Shown here piece by piece: positions 61,691-64,000 of a stretch of DNA of 64,000 bases (its first letter is position 1; every line of letters starts with the position of its first letter). The position numbers and the translations under genes are program-made. The notes under the pieces were generated by a model. It was given only the letters and a program-made list of their open reading frames with translations, made no database searches and had not been told where the DNA came from. Where the stretch lies: positions 620,001 through 684,000 of the forward strand of contig NC_043024.1 of NCBI RefSeq assembly GCF_006345805.1. Direction: 5' to 3'. Origin of the DNA: Octopus sinensis (lineage: Eukaryota).

Positions 61691-64000
61691 GGTCAAGAAA
61701 ATTTGAGGCAGTATGGATATCAATCAGTTAATATATATAGAGGCAACTGTATTTGATGAGGTGTGTTCTACCCTTGCTGTTGTTTAGTCCCAGGTTAGCC
61801 TGAACTCTGCAGACCTGTAATCATGTTACCTGTTTGCAGATTATCTGGTCTAATGTGTACTTTCTTCAGCTATAAATGGAAGATTTCAGTAGTAAATGGT
61901 TGAACGATGGATTGTATGGAGACTTTCTCATTGGTTCATTTCTTCTTTCTGTTTTATACTTGTTTGTCATTGGACAACAGCCATGCTGGGGCACCACCTT
62001 GAAAAACTTGAAGTCAAATGAAGTTCCCCCCCCCCTCCGGGAAGTACTTTTTAGAAAAAATAGCCTGGTATTTATTCTATCATTGATTTTTGCCAAACTG
62101 CTAAGTTATGAGGACATAAACACACCATCACTGGTTGTCAAGTGGTGGTGGGATACACATGCAGATATAGACAAACATGCGCATGCATATGTACACACAC
62201 GTGCACACGCATGCACACACACACACACACACACAGTGTGCTTCTTTCAGTTTGTCTACCAGATCTACTCGTGAGGCTATTGTAGAAAACACTTGGCCGA
62301 GCCGCCAAGCAGTGGTACTGAACCTGGGGCCATGTGGTTGGGAAGCAATACTTTTTACCACACAGCCACACCAGTAGAAAGTCTGTACTCACTGATTACG
62401 ATCACTGTGGGACACAAAGGAAGAAGAGAGGGAATCAAATCTCAGGATGTTGGCTTTTATGGACGAAAACTGCTCACCCAGTGAACCTGTATTTGTGGAG
62501 TAGACGAATGGTCTGTGCATTCATGTGTACGTAATAATTAGAGAGCAGTAATGCTGTCAAAATGTAATCACTGTGGAGCTTAAAGTTTATGGTTTAATCA
62601 CTATTTATTGACTAATATTAATCATAAAGGTCAGGTCTTAATACAGCCAGTGTGTTGTGGACTCTGGGTAAGGCACTTAATTCCCACTTGTCCTGTTTAC
62701 TTCATTGAGCAGAAATTCAGTTCCCCCCTCCATACATACACACACTCTCTCTCTCACTCTCTTTCATAGTTAATTAAAAAGAAAGGGCTGTTCAAGACCC
62801 TCTGTTTTTGCATGGGGCGGGTTTCTGAAACTGATGAGAAAGGGGGAAGAGATTATGTCCAGACCAGAGACTTGGTTTGGATACTTGCAACATGATAGAC
62901 TCTGAGAGCCATCTCCCAGGATGGGGACAGAGTGGAGGGTTTGAACACAGGCATCAAATTTTGGCAGAAGGTCAGCAAATTCAGTGGAGGGGTAAGTCGA
63001 TTACATCAACTCCTGTGTCAAACTAATCTTATCGACTCTGAAAGGATGACAGGCAATGTTGTCCTCAGTGGAATTTGAACTCAGAATGTAAAGTTGGAAG
63101 AAATGCTGCTAAGCATTTTGTCCAGCACCTTAATGCTTCTACCAGCTCACCACCTTAAACCATTGCCATAAGATTGGTTTCAAATTTTGGCACAAGGCCA
63201 GCAAATTCAGTGGAGTGCTAAACTGGAACTAACTCTGTCAACCCTGAAAGGGTTAAAGGGAAAATCAACCTCAGTGGAATTTGAACACAGAACATAAAGA
63301 TGGACAAAATGCAGCTCAGCATCTTGCCTGATGTGCTCAGGATTCTGCCATCTTGCTGCATTACATTATTGCAAATATTGGAAGAAATATTGTCCAGTGG
63401 TGGACTGATGATTCTGCCTGGCCAACACTCTAGGAAAGTACTTTAATGACTCTACATATGTAGGCATGGCTGCGGTTGAGAATCTTGCTTCTTGACCATT
63501 GACCATGTGGTCTTGACTTCAATCAATTTGGCCAAATATATCCTACTATAGTCATGGGCTGACCAAATCCTTGTGAATGGATTTGGTGGAAAGAAACTGA
63601 AAAAAGCCTGTCATGTGTGTATGCCTACCTTTTGTCTTGACATCAAGTGATGTCTGTTTCTAGACTTCAATGAAAACCATGGGGGAAATATTCCCTTGCT
63701 TGGAAGCAGGTGAGGGTTGGTGACAGGAAGGGCATTCAGCTGTAGAAAATCTGCCTCGGCAAATTCCATTTGACTCATTCAATCATGGAAAAATGGACAT
63801 AAAATGATGGAATGGTGGACAGTAAAATCGACCTTGTTAAGATTTGAACTCTGAATGCAAAGCACCACAGTATATATTATTCCATCTGGCATTTTAGCAC
63901 CTACTTATGCAGACAAAGAAAAAACATTTCAAATGGTTTTTACAACTAAATATATTGTTAGGCACAGGCATTGTTGTATGGTAAGAAATTTTCTTCATAA

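Noticed and set aside
63395-63455. CUGAUGA...GAAAGUACUU motif
   Set aside because: Palindromic stem III is present, but stems I and II do not pair.

Overview
Eukaryotic, repeat-dense genomic DNA. The tRNA-derived SINE and MITE landscape looks like an Octopus (coleoid cephalopod) genome; this is an inference from repeat style, not a database result. The only confidently identified gene is the 3' part of glycylpeptide N-tetradecanoyltransferase (NMT). It has six + strand coding exons at 385-493, 2777-2848, 4153-4251, 7902-8066, 9233-9370 and 9767-9787, all with GT-AG introns, ending in VGLVLQ*. An intact 95-aa ORF on the - strand (29324-29611) fits a Myb/SANT-like (trihelix) DNA-binding domain. 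The rest is mostly SINEs (at least 5 families), MITEs and decayed mariner, hAT, L1/Tx1, CR1-like, RTE-like and Penelope-like (PLE) elements. The best leads are: (1) about eight hammerhead-ribozyme-like motifs of the minimal PLE type, one near-canonical (32335-32408, -) and three inside or beside a 466-bp fold-back; (2) two adjacent long hairpins in non-repeat DNA at 15.7-16.3 kb; (3) an extremely AT-rich PLE-like relic that appears to keep CpG and may carry TpG/CpA-to-TpA changes; (4) local templated insertions captured inside transposons; (5) two CpG-retaining domains that look like unmethylated promoter regions. No CRISPR arrays, rRNA or true tRNA genes were seen. Most short ORFs in the supplied track are microsatellite or SINE artefacts. 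All alignments and folds were done by eye.
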